A stretch of 64,000 nucleotides of DNA from an uncultured Planctomycetia bacterium (GTDB taxonomy: Bacteria; Omnitrophota; Gorgyraeia; Tantalellales; Tantalellaceae): contig CAYPCX010000009.1 of assembly GCA_964409365.1 (NCBI GenBank), positions 10,390 through 74,389 of the forward strand, read 5' to 3'. Each line of letters begins with the position of its first letter. The stretch's first letter is position 1. The notes under the pieces are model-generated. The model had not been told where the DNA came from. It made no database searches and saw only the letters and a program-made list of their open reading frames with translations. Shown in pieces: positions 1 through 9,239 of the stretch. A program made the position numbers and the translations under genes.

Positions 1-1
1 T

Positions 2-427
2 GAATGTGACGACTCTACTGCCAGGCTGGCCGAGGATACGGGAAGCGTTATAGCCGGAGAGGGAGCCGTGCTCGTCTCGGGCGGGCGAAGCGGCGTTATG
101 GAAGCCGCGTGCAAAGGAGCGAAAGCCGCGGGAGGGATCACCGTAGGTATAATACCCGGAGAGGACAAGAAAGAAGCCAACGATTTTGTCGATATAGTGA
201 TAGCTACGGGTATGGGTTATTCGCGTAATGCCCTTGTGGCCGGCACAGCCGATATAGTGGTAGCTTTTCCCGGCAAATACGGCACGCTCTCGGAAATAGC
301 TTTCGCCCTTAACTCGGGGAAAAAAGTATACGGGCTGGGGACCTGGGATATACCCGGGGTGGTTAAGCTCGGCTCGCCGGATGAATTGAAAAAAGTGATC
401 AGGGAAGGGATGCGATGCCTGTCTTGA
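2..427 (+). CDS. LOG-like / TIGR00725-family Rossmann-fold nucleotide-binding protein, 5' end outside window
   Basis: Frame open from the window edge. GG(R)SGVMEAxxKGAxxAGG and PGxxGTLxE motifs fit the LOG/SLOG family. No start codon in the window. Confidence 0.6.
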   Translation, partial: ECDDSTARLAEDTGSVIAGEGAVLVSGGRSGVMEAACKGAKAAGGITVGIIPGEDKKEANDFVDIVIATGMGYSRNALVAGTADIVVAFPGKYGTLSEIAFALNSGKKVYGLGTWDIPGVVKLGSPDELKKVIREGMRCLS

Positions 428-933
428 CGGATTTCGATATTAAACTTTTTTATGAGATCAATGTGGGTTGCAGCAACAAGGTGCTGGATATGATAATGCC
501 GTGGGTTACCGAGATCGGGGGAGGGATAGCGCTTTTTGCCCTGGGTTTCGTGCTTGTGCTCATCGGCAGAAAACACGCCAGGATAACGGGGATACTGCTT
601 CTGGCGGGTCTTACCATGTCCTATTATTTCGCGAAACTCATAAAAGAATTTGTCGCAAGGCCGCGTCCCTTTATGGTCCTGGATGACATGAAAATGCTCC
701 TTACCGCGGACGGTTACTCATTTGTGTCGCACCATGCGACGACGGTCTTTATGGCGGCCTATATTCTTTCGAAGACTTACGGGAAATGGTACATTTTTTA
801 CACGTTGGCCGCGATCGTCGCTTTCTCAAGAGTGTATCTGGGGGTCCATTATCCTTTTGACGTGCTTGCGGGCGCTTTTTTAGGGACGGTCATAGGGGCC
901 ATATTGTTCCGGGCAACGGGAGAGGTCCGGTAA
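415..933 (+). CDS. PAP2-family membrane phosphatase
   Basis: KxxxxxxRP, SFxSxH and SRxxxxxHxxxD motifs plus several TM helices. The ATG overlaps the upstream gene stop. Confidence 0.75.
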   Translation: MPVLTDFDIKLFYEINVGCSNKVLDMIMPWVTEIGGGIALFALGFVLVLIGRKHARITGILLLAGLTMSYYFAKLIKEFVARPRPFMVLDDMKMLLTADGYSFVSHHATTVFMAAYILSKTYGKWYIFYTLAAIVAFSRVYLGVHYPFDVLAGAFLGTVIGAILFRATGEVR

Positions 934-952
934 AGCCCTGACAGGAGAGATC

Positions 953-1537
953 ATGATAGCTGTAGATGTCGTGTTGCTGCCTCCGCGGGAAGTGATGGAA
1001 AAGGCCATCGAGATAAACCGCCGCATCATAGACGCGGAGGGTAATGACATCGTTCTTGATATGGATAAATACATCCCCCATATTACCCTCGCTATGGGCT
1101 GTGTCGAGGAAAAAGACCTGGAAAGGGTGGACTTTATCCTGAATGACATAGCCACGAGTTTCCGTCCCGTCAGCATGAAGACAGTGCCTTCAAAAGGCGG
1201 CAAAGCGTGGATAAAGATCGACAAAACAAGAGATATCGAACTTCTGCACGAGATAGTGATGATAAGAATGCAGAAGTTCTTCAGCTACCGCGTGTCGACC
1301 GACATGATATGCCACGGCGAAAGGGAGGAGATAAACGACGTAACACGCGATTACATCAGGAAGTTCCCTACTGCTTCGAGTTTTGAGAACTACACTCCCC
1401 ATATTACCGTGGGTTCCGGGGAAACGGCCGTAGAAGTGGGATCTTTTGAGTTCACCTCGACCGAACTTGCCTTATGCCACCTTGGCAACTTCTGTACCTG
1501 CGGAAAGGTCCTCTTCTCGCACACGCTTTCAGGTTGA
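953..1537 (+). CDS. 2H phosphoesterase (LigT-like 2'-5' RNA ligase / cyclic phosphodiesterase family)
   Basis: Two H-x-T-x motifs about 100 aa apart (PHITLAMG and PHITVGSG). AGGAGA RBS. Confidence 0.6.
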   Translation: MIAVDVVLLPPREVMEKAIEINRRIIDAEGNDIVLDMDKYIPHITLAMGCVEEKDLERVDFILNDIATSFRPVSMKTVPSKGGKAWIKIDKTRDIELLHEIVMIRMQKFFSYRVSTDMICHGEREEINDVTRDYIRKFPTASSFENYTPHITVGSGETAVEVGSFEFTSTELALCHLGNFCTCGKVLFSHTLSG

Positions 1538-1647
1538 TCAGCTCAAATTCCAACCCCAGACCATCATAACAGCTTCAATTTAAAAAACTTATACAAGTGA
1601 TAATGTTTACATGATATATTAAGGTTTAAAATAGTTAGATTAACATA

Positions 1648-1676
1648 TTGAAAGCGTGGCGCATAAATGATATATT
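1648..1676 (+). promoter_or_regulatory. sigma70-like promoter upstream of the giant ORF (TTGAAA-17-TATATT)
   Basis: Hexamers read directly from an AT-rich 170-bp leader. The second ATGATATATTA direct repeat overlaps the -10. Confidence 0.4.
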
Positions 1677-1708
1677 ACATCATATGTTAAGTAAAAAAAA
1701 AGATATAT

Positions 1709-4700
1709 TTGGCGGCCAACATATATATAACTATGCGTAAATTATCAGGCAAAAGAATTATCAAAGTGATCTCTTTCTTGCTGGCTATTCTAATGGTCTG
1801 GCAGGGTGTGGTATGGGCGGATCCTGATATTTTCCGGGCAAATAACCTGCAGGTCCACACGCTGAGAAAAGAGAGTGACTTTTTCGCGGTAGCCGCCGGT
1901 TATCTTTCGGCCTTCCTTATCGATCTGGAAACGAGGGATGATATCCATAAGAATATCTTCCCCATGGAAGAGGAGGTGCGAAGGGAGCTCGCGAGATTGC
2001 TGGAAAGTGATGATATTCCCAAAACCTACAAAAGAAACCCGCCCACGATAGAAAGAGGGCCCTTTGGGATCGGAGAGTTCGTGATAGATGCCGGTGTGTA
2101 CAAGATCAGGTATTATGCCCCGGGTATTATCCAGAAACGTTACTTTGATGCTGACCCGTCCGATCCGGGAGCGTCTTATGATGTCCGTGAAGACAGGTGG
2201 GTGGGTAAAGGCAGGTATCTTCGCCGGCAGGTTTTCATAAAACGCAGCCCCGAGTCAGAGACTGTCCCATCGGTGGGCAAGATATTGGAAGAAGCGCTCA
2301 GGAAGAGATTTATTTACGAGAGGGTTGGATACCTGCGTGGACTTTGTCCCGGATTGTCCCAGAGAAAACTTGCGGATGAAGCTCGAGTAGAAACTAATAC
2401 GATATCCGAGATCGAAAAAGGGCATACAAAACATCCTACTAAGGATATCCTTAGGCAGATCGCCTTTGTTCTGGCGTACAAACTGCATGTGGATATGGAT
2501 GATCTTTTGGAAAAAGTGTTCCTGGTGTCGCCGAGGCCGACCGTAGCGGGAACGCCGGAGGAGAGACTGGCCGAAGTAAAGGAATTACCCTCCTTGGGTG
2601 AACGGATAGAATACCTGCGGGAAGCCCGGGGATGGTTGTGGCAGAGAGAACTCGCGAGGGAGACCGGGCTATTGGTCAAAAATATACATCTGATCGAAAT
2701 AGGAAAAATAAATAATCTTTCCCCGAAGACAAGCAGTAGGCTGGCCGAGGCCCTGGCGCCCGCGCTTGATATCAGCCCGGAAGAGCTTATCTCAGAAGTG
2801 TTTTTGCTGTCTACCGGCCAGATCGCAAAGGGCAACGCGGGTACGCTTTACCGGGAGTTGCTGGCCCAGGCGGAAAAAGGAAAAGCGGGATCTATGAGGT
2901 TTTATAAAAGGTGGAGGTTGCGAAAGGCGGCCCGGAATCTGAAAAAAAGGATAGAAAGTTCCGAGATAGGATCCAGAGAAAAAGAAAGGATGGCCAAGGC
3001 GATCGACACGTTTTTACGGGCGGATATTCTTGAATTCAAGCCCATAGTGTTATCGGACGAAGGAGTGGATGTTGATGACCAATTGCGTCAGTGCGGCTGG
3101 TGGTTGTTGGGATTCAATACGATAGAGAGTGAAGCGATTCAGTCAGGAGAGCCCGTAAGCGCTTTGAACGCGCTTCTAAAGGAGAAATTCCCGAATACCG
3201 TGGGGCTGTCGACCAGGATGCTGGATCTTATTGGGTTCAACAGGTTTAACTATGATGAGCCTCTCCTTCAGGAATATCTGTTGCATGAGATCATCTGTCC
3301 CGTTTTTGGGCATGCAAGGTCAAGAAAGATACAGGAGAAAATATTTTTTGAAGATAATTATAAAGGTATTCTGGGCGTGACGAAAGACGGACACAAAGAC
3401 GGCGAGCTGACCCTGATCCTTGAACGTGTTATCAAGGAAGAACTGGGGAATTTTCCTAAGGAAGTGGAAAAGGTCTCTTTTGAAGAAGAACTGGACGAGT
3501 TCAAAAAGCTCGGTTTCAGGAATGATGGGCCGCGAAGGGCCGCGCAGATCTACCGTGCTTGGATGTTAAGACAGTCTCGTATTTGCAGGCTTGAAAGGGG
3601 AGAAGACGGGAAGTGTCCGGAAGAAGTAGACAGGCTATCCAGATATATGAATGCCAAAATGAACTGGCTGTTGCAAATGGAGACGGCATGGTCGATGGCG
3701 AAAGATTTTTTGGCCGCGAGAAGTAAATCAAAAGGAACAAGGAAAGGGAGAAGGGATATTTTGGAGACATTATGGGAAGATGAAGAAAGATCCCCGACAA
3801 AACGGCTCCGCGGACGACAAACCCTGAAAAATGCCGTACAGGTCCTTAGAGTGGCATACATCCACATTATGCAGAATCTTGCCGGGACGCTGGACGCGGA
3901 GGTCTTCGATCTTATAAAGGAAGACCCCTATATCGCGAAAGGGAAAAATTTACTGGAACGTATTACCGGTAAGGATATAGAAATCGAAGAAACTGAGGGA
4001 ACAAAAGAAGCAACGGCGACAGCAGGATTTTCAGATGAGGCAACAACCCCTGAAGCGGAAGCAAAGGATATATGGGTCGGCATGAGCTTCAGGGAAAAAT
4101 TAAAATTTGTCATAGGCCATGTAAACTGGAGATCGGTGGGTAAAACGTTCGCTCTCGCGTTTCTTCTTTGCGGGGCCTTTCACCTGGCAGTTCCTTTGCT
4201 GATACCTCAAGCCTATATCTGGATCTTTGACCTGGTCGCTTTCGGCGTTCCTTTCGGGCTCTTCATATATATAATCATGAAGCACTTTAGCTGGAAAGGT
4301 GTGTTCATCGCTGTAGGTCTTTCGATCTTGCTGTCAATGCTGCTTCCTATACGCTGGCTCGGTCTTTCACTGGCGATAGTTATCATGCACCGGATGTGGA
4401 AGCAGAAGGGGAAAGAGGCATATGAATCCCCCGCCGGGCTCTGGGGGAGTGAAAAGGTTTTGGCTGAAAAGGAAAAGGATGAGGATGAAGCCGATGCCGA
4501 GGAGACACATACTGAAAAAGATAGTAAGGCGCAAGAGAAGGTAAAGAAGAAAAAGATCTCACGGGGTTTTCAAGGTAGACACCCGGACATTTATATTACG
4601 GATGACATTTTGACATTGATAGACAGGATAACGAAGCTCAGGTTTCCCAGACCCCAAGAAGGAGGAGAGGATAAATATAAACGTGCTGCAAAACTGGATA

Positions 4701-7165
4701 CGCGAACAGTGCTTGATAACCTATTCAGATTGGAGATCTCATCTGATACGATTCCCGGCCCCGCGTTGATGAAAGAGCTGCGTCCGCGGGTCGAGGAACA
4801 GATGGAAAGACTCGAAAGCGGGTTTGATCCCGAGACTTTTGAATCTACCGATCACGATGTCCAGGAAGCTTTGAGATTTCTGGATGAATGGGACGGAAAA
4901 AAAGCCGAGGAAGAGACCGCGGAAGCCCTGCATGAGGTGTCACGGGAAGTATCGAAGAGGCTTTTACAGTCGTCTGTATGGGAAGAGGAAAACAAGAAAG
5001 AAAAACAAGCCGTTTTGGACCTTATCGTTGAGCGGGTATTGGAGAATGCGCTGGATAATCTCATGGGCATGGAAGAGGAAGAGGAGTGGGAAACGGAGGA
5101 AAAGAAAAAGCAGAAGAAAGAAGCAAGGGAAACAGAAAGAAAAAAAGTCAAGTCGATCTGGGAAGAGAAAATGGCAATAATAAAGTTGCGCATTAGGCTT
5201 ATTACTGCGAGAGAGGAGGTGGAGTCCAAAGAAAAAGATCCATTAAAATCTCCGAGCGCAGGTGATTATTATTTTCTGGGCCGTAATGAATTTTTCTTTG
5301 AGGATCCTTGGAAGCCGAAGGCATCATCCCGGGAAAGGGCGTCTGAGAGCACATTTAAAAATGCGTTATTGAAAACACCGAACGCTGCCCCGTTGAAGAA
5401 AGATTATTATTTGACCTTTGGGGTGGTAAAGCATGTTTATGAGAAATGGAATGAAGCAAAAACAGCTTATGAGTCATGTCTGCGCGAGTTCGGCTTTGAT
5501 CCCGAGGAACTGGATAGCCTCGAAGTGGCGTTAGCCAGATTCCCATGGTGGGATGGCAGGTTGGGAGAGGGGTTAAGGTTATTCTACGAGTTAAGTGCTT
5601 TTCAAATGACGCTGAACAGGTCTCCGAAAGTGGTTAAAAATCTGGGTAAACTGGGCGAATTTAAAAAAGCTGGTAAAAAAGAGGACCTGTTAAAAATAGC
5701 CCTGACTGTGCTTCTTCTGGGAAAAAGTAAACAGAAGATCCCCATCGGCGGAGAAGAAGAGTCGGAAAATGACGGAGCGCCTTCGCCCCAGCGGGGTATC
5801 GGGGCGCTCGCGCGGGAAGACGGCCCCATACCCGACCACAGGCTCGTGAACGCACTTGTTAAGGTGCTTTTTGAAAAAGGCCTTTTTGAGACACAAGAGG
5901 AGGATGTATACCTTTTCGGGGACGATACGTCCGGGAATTTCGGGGATCTTTATAATGACTGTCTGGACGAAAACGGGCAGAGGAAGGTGAGGGATATTTT
6001 CGGGGACGAGTTTCAGAAAGATACGGGTATTCGCCTGACCGATACCCGGGTGCTGCTGGAAGTAGGGAAACTTCGGAATATCGAGGGACATACCGGTGTG
6101 GAGAATGGGATGATCTATATATGCAAGGGCTGGAAATGGGAATTGGATAGATTTGTGGAGCATGAAAGAGCGGCACTCAGTGAGCATCGGGAAAAAGCGC
6201 TGGAAATATACAATGAAGAGGGACATTCTTATGAAACCTGGAAAGACATCCCTGAAAGTGAGCGGGCCGATGCGGCTAATGCCTTCAGAAAGTGGCGAAA
6301 AGAAAAGACCGAAGAGTATAACCGTTTTGCCGGAGAAGTCCATGAAAACGCCCCACTGGTTCGTGTGGCGGATGAACGCGCATCGGCGCAAAAGACCCTT
6401 CCCGAACTTTTTGATTACCGGAGGATCAGGGGAAACGCGGAGTTACAGATAAAGCTTCTTGTGCAGGCCATGATCGAATGGGCGGAGAAAAATAAGACTA
6501 GGGGCAAAGATGATGATAGGCCTTGCGTTCTCGCGTTAGACCTGGAACTTACGGAGGGTCAGATAAAAGGCCTTTATGATAAGCTTTACGAAGCGCTGGG
6601 GCAGCTTCCCCACAACAATGAAGAACTGGAAGTTTTTCTTGATAATCTCAGCATAGTCAGCGGGAAGGGTCCTTCTTTAGCTGAAAGACTTCATAATATC
6701 AGTACTCTGGGGCAAGGCCGGGTGAGTCCGGAAAATATTATCGTCATAACGCCAAGTCCGAATATGGAACATTTTGACGGCATTAAGGACGGGAACAAAA
6801 AAGCCACGGTCGTGGGAATACACGCCAGAGGAGCCCCGGAAACCGAGTATGGATTCCCGGTGAACGAGACATATTTGCCGCTACCGGACATTATGCTTTT
6901 AGCGATAGCAAGGCACTTAGGTAAGAAAAGAGAACATCTGCTGTGTCTTTTAGTAAGGACGCCCGGGGCGTTAAGGGCCGATCAATTGGAAAGATTCAGA
7001 GAAGGCACATTGGACCCGGAAGAGATATACAGGGAGCATAAAGGCATATTTTCGAATGATCCCGGCAGCTTCATCATCGAGCTCATCCCGGACGCGATAA
7101 AGGTCGATCCGGGTGAAAGAACTGAATTGATAGAAAGAACGAATTATCTATTGGCCCAGGCGTAA
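1709..7165 (+). CDS. Giant 1818-aa multidomain protein: N-terminal signal/anchor, two XRE-type HTH domains, 4-TM block, long K/E-rich coiled-coil region and a large C-terminal part with no recognisable domain
   Basis: 5.46 kb uninterrupted ORF. HTH motifs near aa 201-270 and 297-368 (LSQRKLAxxAxVxxxTISxIEKG). Hydrophobic helices near aa 812-894. Alternative ATG start at 1733 gives MRKLSGKRIIKVISFLLAILMVWQGVVWA. Confidence 0.85.
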   Translation: MAANIYITMRKLSGKRIIKVISFLLAILMVWQGVVWADPDIFRANNLQVHTLRKESDFFAVAAGYLSAFLIDLETRDDIHKNIFPMEEEVRRELARLLESDDIPKTYKRNPPTIERGPFGIGEFVIDAGVYKIRYYAPGIIQKRYFDADPSDPGASYDVREDRWVGKGRYLRRQVFIKRSPESETVPSVGKILEEALRKRFIYERVGYLRGLCPGLSQRKLADEARVETNTISEIEKGHTKHPTKDILRQIAFVLAYKLHVDMDDLLEKVFLVSPRPTVAGTPEERLAEVKELPSLGERIEYLREARGWLWQRELARETGLLVKNIHLIEIGKINNLSPKTSSRLAEALAPALDISPEELISEVFLLSTGQIAKGNAGTLYRELLAQAEKGKAGSMRFYKRWRLRKAARNLKKRIESSEIGSREKERMAKAIDTFLRADILEFKPIVLSDEGVDVDDQLRQCGWWLLGFNTIESEAIQSGEPVSALNALLKEKFPNTVGLSTRMLDLIGFNRFNYDEPLLQEYLLHEIICPVFGHARSRKIQEKIFFEDNYKGILGVTKDGHKDGELTLILERVIKEELGNFPKEVEKVSFEEELDEFKKLGFRNDGPRRAAQIYRAWMLRQSRICRLERGEDGKCPEEVDRLSRYMNAKMNWLLQMETAWSMAKDFLAARSKSKGTRKGRRDILETLWEDEERSPTKRLRGRQTLKNAVQVLRVAYIHIMQNLAGTLDAEVFDLIKEDPYIAKGKNLLERITGKDIEIEETEGTKEATATAGFSDEATTPEAEAKDIWVGMSFREKLKFVIGHVNWRSVGKTFALAFLLCGAFHLAVPLLIPQAYIWIFDLVAFGVPFGLFIYIIMKHFSWKGVFIAVGLSILLSMLLPIRWLGLSLAIVIMHRMWKQKGKEAYESPAGLWGSEKVLAEKEKDEDEADAEETHTEKDSKAQEKVKKKKISRGFQGRHPDIYITDDILTLIDRITKLRFPRPQEGGEDKYKRAAKLDTRTVLDNLFRLEISSDTIPGPALMKELRPRVEEQMERLESGFDPETFESTDHDVQEALRFLDEWDGKKAEEETAEALHEVSREVSKRLLQSSVWEEENKKEKQAVLDLIVERVLENALDNLMGMEEEEEWETEEKKKQKKEARETERKKVKSIWEEKMAIIKLRIRLITAREEVESKEKDPLKSPSAGDYYFLGRNEFFFEDPWKPKASSRERASESTFKNALLKTPNAAPLKKDYYLTFGVVKHVYEKWNEAKTAYESCLREFGFDPEELDSLEVALARFPWWDGRLGEGLRLFYELSAFQMTLNRSPKVVKNLGKLGEFKKAGKKEDLLKIALTVLLLGKSKQKIPIGGEEESENDGAPSPQRGIGALAREDGPIPDHRLVNALVKVLFEKGLFETQEEDVYLFGDDTSGNFGDLYNDCLDENGQRKVRDIFGDEFQKDTGIRLTDTRVLLEVGKLRNIEGHTGVENGMIYICKGWKWELDRFVEHERAALSEHREKALEIYNEEGHSYETWKDIPESERADAANAFRKWRKEKTEEYNRFAGEVHENAPLVRVADERASAQKTLPELFDYRRIRGNAELQIKLLVQAMIEWAEKNKTRGKDDDRPCVLALDLELTEGQIKGLYDKLYEALGQLPHNNEELEVFLDNLSIVSGKGPSLAERLHNISTLGQGRVSPENIIVITPSPNMEHFDGIKDGNKKATVVGIHARGAPETEYGFPVNETYLPLPDIMLLAIARHLGKKREHLLCLLVRTPGALRADQLERFREGTLDPEEIYREHKGIFSNDPGSFIIELIPDAIKVDPGERTELIERTNYLLAQA

Positions 7166-7171
7166 CCTTAT

Positions 7172-8611
7172 TTACACATCGGGTGTGTTACACACCCGAT
7201 GTGTAAGGGCGGTCATGAGGGCTTGGGCTTTGTGCAGGGTTTCCTGGTATTCCGCTTCCGGGTCAGAGTCGGCGACTATACCGCCCCCGGCTTGGAAGTA
7301 CACGTCTTTTCCCTTCATTATCATTGTCCGGATGGCTATATTGAGTTCCATCGTGTCATGGAAGCTTATGTAACCGATCGCTCCCGTGTAAACATTCCGT
7401 TTTGAGGGTTCCAGCTCGTCGATTATCTCCATCGCGCGTATCTTGGGACATCCGGTGATGGACCCTCCCGGAAAAGCGGCTTTTACGATATCGATGAGGC
7501 TCGCGCCGGCGTCCGCTTCTCCCTTTACAACGGATATCGTCTGGTGGACGGTGGGGTAAGTCTCGAGGCGTTTATGCTGGATGACCTTGACTGAGCCCGG
7601 TATGGCGACTTTACCCAGGTCGTTCCTTTCCAGGTCCACTATCATGGCAAGTTCCGAGGCGTCTTTCGGGTCGTTCTTGAGGTCATCCTTAAGTTTTTTG
7701 TCCTCTTTAGCGTTCTTCCCCCTGGGGCGGGTACCTTTCATCGGCCGGGTCTCTATCATTCTGTCCGAGACCTTCAGAAAAAGTTCGGGCGATGAAGATA
7801 TTATTTTCGCACCTTCAAAATTCAGATAAGCGCTGAAAGGCGCGGGGTTTATCTCATTCAGCCTCAGGTAGAGTTCATAGGCCCCGTAAGGCCACTTTGT
7901 CTTGAATCTCTGTGACAGGCACGCCTGGTAGATATCGCCCGCGCGGATGTAATCTATGGTCTTCTTTACGGCTTTGACATAACCGGGTCTGGTGAAATTT
8001 GACTCGGGGAAGGGCTTGAAGTTTTTCTTTCCGGCCTTTGGAGGCCGGCCTTCCGGAAGAGGGGAACTTATCATTCTTTTTATCCGATCTATGAGTTTTT
8101 TTGCTTCTTCACGGCCCGCGGTCTCGGGTCCGATGACGCTTATTTTAACGCGGCCGGGGTCCTGGCGGTCATGGATGAGTATAGCCCGGTAAAAGACGAA
8201 ATATAGGTCGGGGAGCAAGAGGTCGTCTTCGGCTTTTTGCGGCAGCTTTTCCAGGACGTCCTTAAGGTCGTAGGAGAGGTATCCGATGCCGCCGGAAGTG
8301 AAAGGCAGGGAAAATAGCTTTTTCATCCTGTAAGTCCTGATGACCGAGTCAAGGTATTCAAAGGGGTCGCCTTTAAAGCGGAGCCGGTGACCGTCGAACC
8401 TGATATTTATGTTCTTGCCTTTAGAGGTCAGAACAAGGAAGGGCTCTATGCCTATGAAGGAAAATCTCGCAACATCGGTTTCCATGGAGCTGTTCAAGAA
8501 GGAAGCTTCCGGAGAGTTTTCGAAATGCCTGAACAGTTCTTCCGGCGGCGAGTTAAGTTCCGCCGTTTCGATAAAGGGTTCGGATCCGATCTTAGGGAGA
8601 CACTTTTCCAT
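7172..8611 (-). CDS. pabB: Aminodeoxychorismate/anthranilate synthase component I (chorismate-binding enzyme)
   Basis: Chorismate-binding C-terminal region (IETRPMKGTRPRG, AAFPGGSITGCPK, YTGAIGY). A GATase gene lies immediately upstream on the same strand and no other trp genes are present, so PabB is favoured over TrpE. Confidence 0.65.
   Translation of the reverse strand: MEKCLPKIGSEPFIETAELNSPPEELFRHFENSPEASFLNSSMETDVARFSFIGIEPFLVLTSKGKNINIRFDGHRLRFKGDPFEYLDSVIRTYRMKKLFSLPFTSGGIGYLSYDLKDVLEKLPQKAEDDLLLPDLYFVFYRAILIHDRQDPGRVKISVIGPETAGREEAKKLIDRIKRMISSPLPEGRPPKAGKKNFKPFPESNFTRPGYVKAVKKTIDYIRAGDIYQACLSQRFKTKWPYGAYELYLRLNEINPAPFSAYLNFEGAKIISSSPELFLKVSDRMIETRPMKGTRPRGKNAKEDKKLKDDLKNDPKDASELAMIVDLERNDLGKVAIPGSVKVIQHKRLETYPTVHQTISVVKGEADAGASLIDIVKAAFPGGSITGCPKIRAMEIIDELEPSKRNVYTGAIGYISFHDTMELNIAIRTMIMKGKDVYFQAGGGIVADSDPEAEYQETLHKAQALMTALTHRVCNTPDV
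7174..7204. terminator. Perfect 14-bp-stem palindrome between convergent genes; likely bidirectional terminator
   Basis: ACACATCGGGTGTG-TTA-CACACCCGATGTGT read directly. It overlaps the stop codon of the minus-strand gene. Confidence 0.5.
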
Positions 8612-8612
8612 T

Positions 8613-9170
8613 TTACATCTTTATAAAGTTGCGAATTATCCTCTTGCCGTTTTCCGTGAGGAACGATTCCGGATGGAATTGGAGGCCTATTATGGGCCAT
8701 TTCTTATGCTGTACTCCCATAACGAGGTTCTTTTTCGTCCATGCCGTGGTTTCCAGGCAGATGGGGATGTCGACCGCTTCAAGGGAATGGTACCTTGCGG
8801 CGGGAAAGGGAGAGGGGAGCCCCTTTAAGATGCCATTGCCGTTATGATATACGGGCGATGTGCTCCCGTGGACGATCTTATTCACCTGGACGATCTTACC
8901 GCCGAATACTTTCGCTATGCACTGGTGACCGAGGCAGATCCCCAGTATAGGGGTGTCGGGACCGAACCTCTTTATGATATCGTTCGAGATACCGGCCTCG
9001 TCCGGTGTCTTAGGTCCCGGGGAGATCACTATTTTTCGGGGCTTGAGGTCACGGATCTCTTTCAGTGTTATGCCGTCGTTCCTTTTTACGAGCAGGCTCA
9101 CGCCCTGTTCGGCGAAGGCCTGATACAGGTTGTAAGTGAACGAGTCGTAGTTGTCGATGAGTAAATACAT
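8613..9170 (-). CDS. pabA: Class-I glutamine amidotransferase component II (PabA/TrpG type)
   Basis: MYLLIDNYDSFTYNL start. GICLGHQ catalytic Cys motif. HPES near the C-terminus. Start re-picked at the internal Met. Confidence 0.75.
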   Translation of the reverse strand: MYLLIDNYDSFTYNLYQAFAEQGVSLLVKRNDGITLKEIRDLKPRKIVISPGPKTPDEAGISNDIIKRFGPDTPILGICLGHQCIAKVFGGKIVQVNKIVHGSTSPVYHNGNGILKGLPSPFPAARYHSLEAVDIPICLETTAWTKKNLVMGVQHKKWPIIGLQFHPESFLTENGKRIIRNFIKM

Positions 9171-9181
9171 GTTAAGAATAT

Positions 9182-9236
9182 ATTCTGGGGACATGTCTGG
9201 TCGTTTACATGGTGTTTACACAGACGTGTCCCCAGA
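9182..9236. terminator. 16-bp-stem hairpin between ispH stop and pabA start
   Basis: TCTGGGGACATGTCTG...CAGACGTGTCCCCAGA with one G-U position. Weak U tract. Position uncertain by about 1 nt. Confidence 0.35.
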
Positions 9237-9239
9237 ACC

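Noticed and set aside
2255-6891. Numerous minus-strand ORFs of 60-233 aa inside the giant gene (e.g. 5690-6391, 2314-2835, 4852-5229).
   Set aside because: They are antisense shadows of a continuous 5.4-kb ORF and have low-complexity or no motif content.
7172-9170. Calling the amidotransferase/chorismate-utilising pair trpG/trpE.
   Set aside because: No other trp genes are adjacent and the GATase precedes component I, so the PabA/PabB (ADC synthase) reading is preferred. This cannot be settled without phylogeny.
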